Shown here one piece after another: positions 37,365 to 45,486 of a stretch of DNA of 61,221 bases; the first letter of the stretch is position 1; each line of letters begins with the position of its first letter. A model generated the notes under the pieces. It was given only the letters and a program-made list of their open reading frames with translations, did not search any database and was not told the origin of the DNA. Source of the stretch: a virus (lineage: Duplodnaviria > Caudoviricetes); IMG/VR virus record IMGVR_UViG_3300049790_000015, positions 1 to 61,221 of that record; one strand, 5' to 3'. Made by a program: the position numbers and the translations under genes.

Positions 37365-37642
37365 TGATCTCCCTCAACGGGCGTTACAGAGGACGAGCCA
37401 GACGACAAGGAGGAGGAGGGGGAGGAGACAGATGGTGGCGTGGTCGTGGACGAATCGCGCCGCTTGCGCCGCTCTCGACGGGCGTTGTCCGTCGCGATCG
37501 CCCCCGGAATCCCGAGCAAGCCGACCACTACCGTGATGAACACGGGGTTGGTGTTGTCCGTCGCCACTAGATAGATGAATACCCCCGCGCCGAGCAGCCA
37601 GCACATCGGGTCTCGGGCACGATCCCAGCTCGGAAGCTTCAT
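37361..37642 (-). CDS. Two-TM membrane protein (holin-like)
   Basis: MKLPSWDR..; two hydrophobic helices; coupled to 37053-37364. Confidence 0.55.
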   Translation of the reverse strand: MKLPSWDRARDPMCWLLGAGVFIYLVATDNTNPVFITVVVGLLGIPGAIATDNARRERRKRRDSSTTTPPSVSSPSSSLSSGSSSVTPVEGDQ

Positions 37643-37661
37643 CCATCCAACCCAACCTCTA

Positions 37662-39872
37662 TCACCATTCGGGACCCCACCCGGTCCATTGCGGGTCAGG
37701 TGCATCGAGCAGCCCGTCGTCGATCGGAACCAACGGCACGAAATGCGGGACGCGAGGACTCGCCGTCCAGCCATCGAACGGACAGAACCGGACGCCATCG
37801 ACGTTGGTCTGGAGTGTCGTCCCGCAATCGGGGCAATCGATCCGTTCCGTCGTCGCTTCGAGTTGGGCTTCGCGAATACCCTCGTCGAGGATCGCCTTGT
37901 AACCCCACCACCCAGGCACGGGGAGCGGGTTCGAGTTCACCACAGCTCGTGCGTCGTACGCACGCCCAGAACCGCGCGCCGTGTTTGCGGGCGCGTCGAC
38001 TTCCTGCCCCTGCGTCGCGACCGTGGCATTGAACGCCGCGCCGGAGCCAGCCGCCGAGCCAGCGGCCTGCGAGACCGACACTGCCGGACCACCCGCCGCG
38101 CCTGTAGCCGAGGCGGCATTTGCGGTTGGCTTGACCTGGGCTGTCGGGTCGAACGCTGCGCCCATCGCGGAGGCGGCTTGCGCGGGCGCGTCGGTCGGGA
38201 TGGTGGACGTCGCGTCGTATGCCGTGCCGGCCGCCGTCGCGGCCTGCGCGTGCGTGACGATGTCCGTGTGCCCGTCGTTCGCGGCACCCGAGCCAGCGGC
38301 TGGTCCGGCAGTGGGCGAAACCCGGGGGGTTGCGTCCTGGCCGGCTCCGCTGGCCGCCCCCGCGCCCGCGTGCGGCGCGATCGAGGGGGCACCGTCGTAC
38401 GCCCCCGCTGCCCCGCCCGCGACCCCGGCAGCCGGGGCGGTAGCCGGGGCGGGTGCCTGCGCCGCGCCGGTCGCCGTGGCCGTGTCCGCGAACGCGCTCA
38501 CGTTGCTCTGGCCGGCGACGGTGGCGTTGTTCGCCGTGCCGGTCGCGGTCGCCGTGCCGGCTCCGCCCGTGCTCACGTTCGCGGTCGCGTTGTTCGCCGC
38601 GCCGGTCGCCGCGCCCGCCGTCGCGGCAGGCGCGACCGATGGTGCCGCGTTCGAGGCGGTTCCGCTCGCGGCAGCCTGGCCGGCTGTTGGCTTGACTGAC
38701 GGCGCCGCGTCCGAAGCCGCGCCGGAGCCCGAGCCCGCCCCGGCGTTCCCGACCGCGCCCGTTACGGCGGTCGCGTTGTTGGCCACGCCGGAGGCAGCCG
38801 CCGCGCCCGCCGTCGGGCTTATCTTCGAGGTCGCGTCCTGGCCGGCTCCGGCCGCCGCTGCCTGGCCGGCGTTCGGCCCGACCAAGGGCGCCGCGTTGTT
38901 TGCGGCTCCAGTGGCTGCTGCCGCGCCGGTCCCACCGACCGAGGTCCGCCCGGTCGCGTCTTGTGCGGTTCCGGTGGCCGCTGCTTGGCCTGCCGTCGGC
39001 TTGAGTGACGGGGCGGCATTCGAGGCCGCGCCGGAGCCGGCCGCCTGTCCGGCGGGCGGCTTGATCGATGCTGCCGGGTTCTGTGCCGCGCCGGTCGCGG
39101 CCGGCTGCTCCGCGTGGGGCGCAACCTGCGTGGTGGCGCTGTTGGCATCACCCGAGCCGGCTGCCTGCCCCGCGTTGGCGTTGGTGCCCGGGACTGCCGA
39201 TCCGACGTAGCCGGTGTCCGAGAAACCGAAGTCGTCCTCGTAGACCGTGAACGAGCCGATACTGGTCTGGATCCCGAACCGGCACTGGTCGACGTTGTTT
39301 GCGGACCCGACGGTGGTGCTCGACTGCGAGATTGTCTCGTCGGCCGTGTTGCTGTCCTTGGACAGGAACAGCTTCAACTCGACTGCGCCGTTGGTCCCGG
39401 TGCCGGCCTGGCATTTCACCTCGACCCGGAACCACGCCCCGGTGGTGATGGTGGCCGTGGTGGTCGCCGCGACGGTGGTGCCATTCCTCAACAGCGAGAT
39501 GGTACCATCGGTGTTGACCCGGGCGGACGCCACCTGAGTTGGCGTGATCGAGCCCGCGAACATCGCCATGACGACGGTGGACGTGCCCGGCAGCGAGCCG
39601 ACGTACACGTAGGCTCGACAATAGGACGTCGTTCCGGATACGCCAGCGCCCGACGTCCATCGGACATCGGACGTCGAGGCGGTTGTGGTGGCGAATGCGA
39701 CGGACAACGTGCCGTGCGCGGCCTGCGCGGTCGCGAACTTGCACGTTGAGATGACGGCGTTGACAGAGTTCCACGCGGTACCCGCGCTCGGGGTACCGTC
39801 GTCCGAGTTCCCGGTCGTGACGTTGGTGCCGTCAGATAGACCGGTCTCGGCGGTGTTGGTGATCGTGGTCAC
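37662..39872 (-). CDS. Ala/Gly-rich repeat virion fibre protein
   Basis: N-terminal beta-sandwich-like domain; many ~22-aa repeats (AGQAAASGAA.NA..S..P); C-terminal CPDC..CPFD. Confidence 0.75.
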   Translation of the reverse strand: MTTITNTAETGLSDGTNVTTGNSDDGTPSAGTAWNSVNAVISTCKFATAQAAHGTLSVAFATTTASTSDVRWTSGAGVSGTTSYCRAYVYVGSLPGTSTVVMAMFAGSITPTQVASARVNTDGTISLLRNGTTVAATTTATITTGAWFRVEVKCQAGTGTNGAVELKLFLSKDSNTADETISQSSTTVGSANNVDQCRFGIQTSIGSFTVYEDDFGFSDTGYVGSAVPGTNANAGQAAGSGDANSATTQVAPHAEQPAATGAAQNPAASIKPPAGQAAGSGAASNAAPSLKPTAGQAAATGTAQDATGRTSVGGTGAAAATGAANNAAPLVGPNAGQAAAAGAGQDATSKISPTAGAAAASGVANNATAVTGAVGNAGAGSGSGAASDAAPSVKPTAGQAAASGTASNAAPSVAPAATAGAATGAANNATANVSTGGAGTATATGTANNATVAGQSNVSAFADTATATGAAQAPAPATAPAAGVAGGAAGAYDGAPSIAPHAGAGAASGAGQDATPRVSPTAGPAAGSGAANDGHTDIVTHAQAATAAGTAYDATSTIPTDAPAQAASAMGAAFDPTAQVKPTANAASATGAAGGPAVSVSQAAGSAAGSGAAFNATVATQGQEVDAPANTARGSGRAYDARAVVNSNPLPVPGWWGYKAILDEGIREAQLEATTERIDCPDCGTTLQTNVDGVRFCPFDGWTASPRVPHFVPLVPIDDGLLDAPDPQWTGWGPEW

Positions 39873-39891
39873 GGACGCGACCCCCCGTGAC

Positions 39892-40374
39892 TCAAGTCAC
39901 GGTGATGCGGAACAGGCCGTTCGCGTTCCAAACCACGGTGAACGTACCGGACACGACCGAGTTGGAGCCACCCAGGTAGTTGAAGCACACACCCTGGTCG
40001 GCAACCGGCGAGGCCAGCGTGTCGTCGTAGACCAGCACGCCGAACACCGAAGACAGCGTCGCTGTCGAGCCGGACGCGGTGTCGCTCGCGTCCCACATCA
40101 CCACGCCGCTGCTCGGGTTCGACAGCGCGGGGGAGGTGAGCGCCACGCCACCGGCCGCCCACTGACCCGAGGACGTCACCTCGTTGGTGTTCGCCCACTG
40201 GCCCGCGTTGTACGCCGAGTTCGCGGAGGTCGCGTCCTTGTCCGGAGTGATGCTGTTGTTGTATAGCGCGGCCTTGAACGTGTCGACGCCGGTAGCGTCG
40301 AGGTCGAATGCCGCCAGGTTCGCGAGGGCGTCCGTGACGAACGGCCGGAAAATGCTACTCGCTGACCAGGCCAT
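39892..40374 (-). CDS. Virion structural protein
   Basis: DTFKAALY..EV..G..AGG..L..GTFTVVWNA.G pattern typical of phage structural proteins; GAGGAGG RBS. Confidence 0.65.
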   Translation of the reverse strand: MAWSASSIFRPFVTDALANLAAFDLDATGVDTFKAALYNNSITPDKDATSANSAYNAGQWANTNEVTSSGQWAAGGVALTSPALSNPSSGVVMWDASDTASGSTATLSSVFGVLVYDDTLASPVADQGVCFNYLGGSNSVVSGTFTVVWNANGLFRITVT

Positions 40375-40480
40375 TGCCGTCCTCCTCGGTCTCTGCGGCC
40401 GGCGCGGGCTGGGCGTTCTCTGCCACAACCACGCTGGCGTTGAACGCCGAGCCCGCGCCCGCGCCTGCGGTGTCAGGCAT
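40355..40480 (-). CDS. Possible 41-aa peptide resembling one repeat unit of the fibre protein
   Basis: MPDTAGAGAGSAFNASVVVAENAQPAPAAETEEDGNGLVSE fills the intergenic gap. Confidence 0.4.
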   Translation of the reverse strand: MPDTAGAGAGSAFNASVVVAENAQPAPAAETEEDGNGLVSE

Positions 40481-40802
40481 GAATGCCCACCTTCGCGGTT
40501 GCGCACGGTGCGAACGCCGTGCAGTCCTGTCCGTCGTCGCGGGTGGTCACAATCGACATAACTGGCCGCCCGTTCTCGTCGAGCGTGACGTTACCCGCGT
40601 CCGCCCCGACGTAGTCCTCTCGCTCCCGCGCCTCGACCTTGGCCTTCACACCGACGCGCAAGAACGGCGCGGTGAGACCGCGCAGGCCACTACACGCGTG
40701 AAAAGGAAGATGCGGGTTCTGAACCCGGGTCACGTGGGTTTGCGGGCAGTTTGGGCAGTACCACCCGCACGGGACCGCCTCCAAGATCAATGGCCGGACC
40801 AT
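40473..40802 (-). CDS. Zinc-binding hypothetical protein
   Basis: WYCPNC...FHAC; GGAGG RBS; start overlaps a family B repeat. Confidence 0.65.
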   Translation of the reverse strand: MVRPLILEAVPCGWYCPNCPQTHVTRVQNPHLPFHACSGLRGLTAPFLRVGVKAKVEAREREDYVGADAGNVTLDENGRPVMSIVTTRDDGQDCTAFAPCATAKVGIHA

Positions 40803-40849
40803 CCTGCCTCCCTCCCAACGCGTCAGCGGGGTCGATGTACGGGAGCTTG

Positions 40850-41335
40850 CTACGAAGACGTTCCCGTGCTCTTGCGGCGAGTCCGGCGAGGTGCGCTACC
40901 GGCGAGTCCGGTCTCGGGCTCTCCAGGTCCTCCGGCGTCGCTGCCAGCATCCGCAGACCCTGCAGCCGCCTCCGGATCGCCGGATCCGTCGGTGCTTGAA
41001 CGAACGTCACCGTCGGTTCCGCTCGGCTCATCCGGTGCGTCGTCGGGTCCACTCCCAGATCTCCCAGGAGTTTCGCCGTCAGCGGATCCGGCTCCGGCTT
41101 CTGGCCCGGCAGGTCCAGTGGCATCGGCCGGCTCCGTCTCCTGCTCGCCGTCGGTCTCGTCCTCGTCCGGATGCGGCTCGCCGTCGGGGCGCCCCGGCTT
41201 CGCGTCCGGGTCGGGCTCGCGCCACGGCACATCGTTCGGCGGGGGGAGCATCACAGCGAGATGGTCCGGCGGTGCCGGGTCGTTCGCGACCTCCGCGTGC
41301 GTCGCGCCTTCCCATGCGTTGATCTTAGGGGACAT
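40850..41335 (-). CDS. Acidic, disordered head-associated protein
   Basis: AGGAGG RBS; MSPKIN start. Confidence 0.6.
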   Translation of the reverse strand: MSPKINAWEGATHAEVANDPAPPDHLAVMLPPPNDVPWREPDPDAKPGRPDGEPHPDEDETDGEQETEPADATGPAGPEAGAGSADGETPGRSGSGPDDAPDEPSGTDGDVRSSTDGSGDPEAAAGSADAGSDAGGPGEPETGLAGSAPRRTRRKSTGTSS

Positions 41336-41404
41336 TCCGGTTTCCCTCCTACGGGCGGCCGGCTCGGGACGAGGGGCTACCCCGAGCCGGCCGCGTACGC
41401 GGGA

Positions 41405-41872
41405 CTAGACGGCGGAGAGAACAGCGCCGCTGTCGAGTGGGATCCAGAAGAACACCCACGTGATGTTGCCGTCGGTACCAGCCGAGTTGGACTCGATCTG
41501 GCCGACCGGCAGCGGGATAATGCCGCTCGGCATCACCGGGGCGACGGCGCCCGTGCCCTGCCCGACCAGCGCCGAGCCGGGACCCGCCGAAGTCAGGACG
41601 GCGCCAGCGGGGGTGTCCGTCGTACCGATGTCGGTGGCCGTGAACAGCACCTGCGTGGTGAGGCTCGCGGCCGTCGGGTTGGACTGCAGCACGTACGAGT
41701 TGGCCACGGTCACCGGGGCGGTGACCTTGCCGTACCACGCGGTGATGCCGACCGTGCCGCCTGTGATGTTGAACAGGGGGACGACGGTGGCCGCGAGCGT
41801 GCCGGTCGCCTTCTCGACGCGCTGGCCGAGGTTGATCAGCCGAAGCTGGTCGGCCTGGATGAGGACGCTCAT
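41405..41872 (-). CDS. Putative capsid decoration protein
   Basis: Beta-rich; downstream of the major capsid gene. Confidence 0.55.
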   Translation of the reverse strand: MSVLIQADQLRLINLGQRVEKATGTLAATVVPLFNITGGTVGITAWYGKVTAPVTVANSYVLQSNPTAASLTTQVLFTATDIGTTDTPAGAVLTSAGPGSALVGQGTGAVAPVMPSGIIPLPVGQIESNSAGTDGNITWVFFWIPLDSGAVLSAV

Positions 41873-41888
41873 GTCAGGTCAGGTCCTC

Positions 41889-42320
41889 TCAGCCCGAGCA
41901 GACGGCCGGCAGGTTCGCGGGCGCACGCTGCGACTTGAGGTCATGCGTGATCGCGAACACCGTGCCCGACGAGGACGAAGTGACCTGGACGTGCGAGAAG
42001 CCGTCCGACAGCTCGCTCTCGTGGACGGTGAACACCGCGACCGGGTTGGCCGTGGTCGTGGTCACCACCGCGCCGGACGTCGGGGCGTTGTCCCGCGTCC
42101 ATGCGGTGGCACCCGCGCTGCCGGTGCTCTTGTAGTAGTGGTCGAGCGGCGCGAGCGAGGTGCTCCCGGAACCGCCGGAGCTGCGCGCCTGCGTCAGCGT
42201 GAAGGTCTCGGAGTTGGCGCCCACGCAAACGAACGTGACGGCGCTCGCCTCCAGGAGCGAGACCCACGGCGAGTCGGCCGCGACCGGGACCACGTTGAAA
42301 ACGCGCCCGAGTCCGTCCAT
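41889..42320 (-). CDS. Putative capsid decoration protein
   Basis: AAGGAGG RBS; directly after the major capsid gene. Confidence 0.55.
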   Translation of the reverse strand: MDGLGRVFNVVPVAADSPWVSLLEASAVTFVCVGANSETFTLTQARSSGGSGSTSLAPLDHYYKSTGSAGATAWTRDNAPTSGAVVTTTTANPVAVFTVHESELSDGFSHVQVTSSSSGTVFAITHDLKSQRAPANLPAVCSG

Positions 42321-42362
42321 CTTGCTGCCCTCCTTCGGGGGGTTTATTGCCCTCTGGAACCG

Positions 42363-42393
42363 ACCGGGGCGGGGGTTTTAATGCCCGCCCCGG
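42363..42393. terminator. Hairpin after the capsid gene
   Basis: ccggggcggg-N11-cccgccccgg. Confidence 0.5.
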
Positions 42394-42417
42394 CTGGCGT
42401 CTTCGGAGCGGCCCGGA

Positions 42418-43821
42418 CTACCGGTCCGCCATCTGCACGAACGGCGACAGCGTCGGGCCGCTGTTCTTCGGCGTGATGGCCGACTTGAGCCACGGCTGGC
42501 CGTCGATCCGCTCAATGATCCGGTACGCCGTCTCGTCGTTCTGGAACCGGAAGTGCGGGCTCGACATGGCCGACATGACCTGCCGGTCACCGATCAGGTA
42601 GTAGCCGAGGTCGACGAAGTTGATGTCGCCGTCGTTGCCGAGCGCGGGAGTCTTCTCGGTGAAGACCACCGGACGACCGAGGATCGTCGCGGGCGGTCCC
42701 TCGACGCCATTGTTCAGCCACACCGCCGAACCCCCGGTGCCGACCGACAGCGCCATGGTCGCCAGCTCGGGGAAGGTGTCGATGCTGCAGATCCACACCG
42801 CCCGCGACAGCGAAGACGGGAGCATCCGGGCGTACATCTTGACGATGTTCTCCCAGACGATCGTCGCGCTCGCCTGGCCGGCTTCCTTCGCGACCTCGAT
42901 CATGGCCACCGCGTTGAGGAAGCCGAGCGGCATCCCGACGCCGTTGCCATTGATGAACGCGTCGTCCTCGTACCAGCCGAGCGCCTCGGGGAACATCTGG
43001 TCGATGAACGCCTGGAACGACGAGATCGAGTCCGAGATCAGCTCGTTCGGGACCTGCGTGTACGCGGTGAGCTTCTTCGCCTCCAGGACGATCCGGGAGA
43101 ACGCGGCCTGGCTCTGCGTGAGCTGGCCACCCTCCTCGGTCCAGTAGGCGGTGATACCGCCGAACACCGAGCTGACGTTCGACGTCGCGTCGATTGCGGG
43201 AAACGGAACCCGCAGCGTCTCCATCGGGATGACGCGGGCGCGCGGCCGGACGATGCTGGTCTCCAGCGACACCCGCAGCAGCTCGGATCGCAGCGTCTCG
43301 GGGATCAGGAAGCCGCCCTCGGACGGTACCGTCGAGGAGAACGCGTTCCGGATCCGAGAGATCCGCGCCTGGTCCTGCGCGGTCCGGTTCCGGTTGTGCC
43401 AGATGAGCTGGAAGAAGTCGGCCGAACTGAGCTTCTCCGCGTCGAGCTGTGCGCCCATCGCACGCGGGCTGAACAGGCCGGCTCGCGCGTTGATCTTCGC
43501 GTCCGGGTTCATGCCCCGCGCGAATCCGGCGATGTCGCCGTTCCCGCCGATGTTCAGGTTGACCGGCGTGAGCCCGCCGTCCTTCTGCTCCTGCAGCCAC
43601 GAGCCGAGCACCCGCTGGGTCTCGTCCCGCACCTGGGTCGCGATCTCCTGGTCCTTGTCGAGGACCACCTTCGCGTAGTTGCGGATGAACGTCGCGAAGC
43701 CTTCCTTCGACTGGAACAGCTTCTGCATCCGCGCCGGGTCGCCGAGGAACTCCTCCAGACCGGCGGGGGTGTCGGGAACGACGATCCGGTCGACGTCGTC
43801 CGCGTTCACAGGTGCCGTCAC
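42418..43821 (-). CDS. Major capsid protein (HK97 fold)
   Basis: GGFLIPE, WTEEG, KKL, FINGNG..PLG, TILGRPV, YRIIERIDG. Confidence 0.95.
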   Translation of the reverse strand: MTAPVNADDVDRIVVPDTPAGLEEFLGDPARMQKLFQSKEGFATFIRNYAKVVLDKDQEIATQVRDETQRVLGSWLQEQKDGGLTPVNLNIGGNGDIAGFARGMNPDAKINARAGLFSPRAMGAQLDAEKLSSADFFQLIWHNRNRTAQDQARISRIRNAFSSTVPSEGGFLIPETLRSELLRVSLETSIVRPRARVIPMETLRVPFPAIDATSNVSSVFGGITAYWTEEGGQLTQSQAAFSRIVLEAKKLTAYTQVPNELISDSISSFQAFIDQMFPEALGWYEDDAFINGNGVGMPLGFLNAVAMIEVAKEAGQASATIVWENIVKMYARMLPSSLSRAVWICSIDTFPELATMALSVGTGGSAVWLNNGVEGPPATILGRPVVFTEKTPALGNDGDINFVDLGYYLIGDRQVMSAMSSPHFRFQNDETAYRIIERIDGQPWLKSAITPKNSGPTLSPFVQMADR

Positions 43822-45455
43822 TGCAGCGCCTCCCTAAGCGCATCCGCCAACTCGGCAGCCGAGATAGAGCGGGATGTCGTCGGCCGTGAACCGAGGTCCG
43901 GTTCCGCCGGTCGGTGCGTGATCTCCTCCAGGAGAATGGCGGAGATCGCCCCGGCGTCAAGCGAGCCGGGGGGGTCTGCGGAGTTGGCGGCCGTCCGCAC
44001 GGGCACGTCAACCAGGCCGTCCTGGGACACCGCCTGCTGGATCGCGCCTGCCACCGTGTCCGCCTGCGGCGCGGCATTCGCAGGCCGGTTGTTCAGCTCG
44101 CCGAGCAGGATCGTCCGGAACGTATCCGCGTCGTAACCTGCGATCGAGCCAGCCGGCTGGTCGGCCGCTGTGTTCGTCGGAGCGTCGTGCTCGGCTGCTT
44201 GCTGGATCGCGCCCGCGATCAGGTCGCCCGTGAGCCACGCGCCGAGCTGAACAGCCGGACCACCCTGCGCGCCTGCGCTTTGGGCAGGCTCTGTGGCCGG
44301 CGACGTTGCAGGGTGGTCCGGCTGGTCGGTGGCGACCGGCGCGTCAGGCGACTTGTCGTCGTGTCCGGGCAGCTTGTCGAGGTGCGCGTTGAGGTGCCGT
44401 TCGATGGTGGCGCGTTCCGCGTCGGACAGGCCCTTGGTCTGCGGCAGCCGGGATAGTGCGTTGCGGACTCCGGCTGCCGAAGCAGCGCCCGGCGTGCCGT
44501 CGGTCCCGACGAAGTGATGCGGGAGTTTGCACGCGCCCTTGACGATCTCGCCATTCTCGACCTGATCGCCGTCGTACCAGCCGTAGACCCGCTTGACGAT
44601 GCTGAGGTCGAGCGGGGAGCCGAGCCGACTAACGTTCGCGTTGGCGTCCCACGTCCCCTCCTCGCACGCGGTGTCGTGCGGGCTGACAGCGGTGTCTGCG
44701 ATTAGCGGGATGTCGTCCTCGATGCTCTTACGAACAGCGTCGCCGTTCTTGATCTCGTGGACGATCCGCGCGCCGAGGCGGGTCGGGTCGAAATTGCGCC
44801 ACTCGAACTGGGCGGCCATGGCCGCGATCGTCCGGGCGTTCGTCGCGTGGTCGGTGGTCTTGTCCGAGGCGGCCGGAGTCGCCATCCGGTCGACCAACCC
44901 GGCGTCTACCGCCTCCTGGCCGTAATACCAGGTCTCGGCGCGCATCGTGTCGCGCCAGTCGGCTCGGGTACCGCCCGCCTTGTTCGCGTACGCGTCCGCG
45001 ATGTTGTCGCTGGTCTTGTCGAGCAGGTCGGCCGTCTGCTGCATGTCGGCCGCGTTCCCGATGCAGAGTCCGGACGCGTCGTGGATCATGACGGCCGCAT
45101 GGTCGCCGATCGTGACCTCGTCGGCTGCCAGCATGATAAACGACGCGATCGAGGCGGCCAGGCCGTCGACCTGGGAGGTAACGTGGGCGGGGTGGTTCTT
45201 GATCGCGTTGTAGATCGCGATGCCCTCGAAGACCTCGCCTCCGGGGCTGGAGATCCGGAGGCTCATCCGCTTCGCGGTGACGCCCTGCAGGTCCCGCACG
45301 AAGTCAGCCGCCGTGATGCCCCAATAGCCGATCTCGTCGTAGACGAGGACCTCGGCCGGCATGTCGCCTTCCCCTGCCGCGTTCCGGATCTCATATCCGG
45401 CACGCGGAGCACGCGCAGCCGACTCCCGCATGACCGGGAACGAGCGCCGTGTCAT
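43818..45455 (-). CDS. ClpP-type (S14) head maturation protease with scaffold-like extension
   Basis: ISSPGG, GLAASIAS, MIHDAS, ETWY..EAVDAGLVD. Confidence 0.9.
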   Translation of the reverse strand: MTRRSFPVMRESAARAPRAGYEIRNAAGEGDMPAEVLVYDEIGYWGITAADFVRDLQGVTAKRMSLRISSPGGEVFEGIAIYNAIKNHPAHVTSQVDGLAASIASFIMLAADEVTIGDHAAVMIHDASGLCIGNAADMQQTADLLDKTSDNIADAYANKAGGTRADWRDTMRAETWYYGQEAVDAGLVDRMATPAASDKTTDHATNARTIAAMAAQFEWRNFDPTRLGARIVHEIKNGDAVRKSIEDDIPLIADTAVSPHDTACEEGTWDANANVSRLGSPLDLSIVKRVYGWYDGDQVENGEIVKGACKLPHHFVGTDGTPGAASAAGVRNALSRLPQTKGLSDAERATIERHLNAHLDKLPGHDDKSPDAPVATDQPDHPATSPATEPAQSAGAQGGPAVQLGAWLTGDLIAGAIQQAAEHDAPTNTAADQPAGSIAGYDADTFRTILLGELNNRPANAAPQADTVAGAIQQAVSQDGLVDVPVRTAANSADPPGSLDAGAISAILLEEITHRPAEPDLGSRPTTSRSISAAELADALREALQ

Positions 45456-45486
45456 TGCGCCTCCAAAACGCGGGGATTGGCGCCGA

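Noticed and set aside
42553-44136. Long plus-strand ORFs antisense to structural and replication genes (e.g. 42553-44136, 16080-17777, 37981-39210)
   Set aside because: Shadow ORFs typical of ~70% GC DNA; no RBS or motifs, and the opposite strand has clear conserved proteins.
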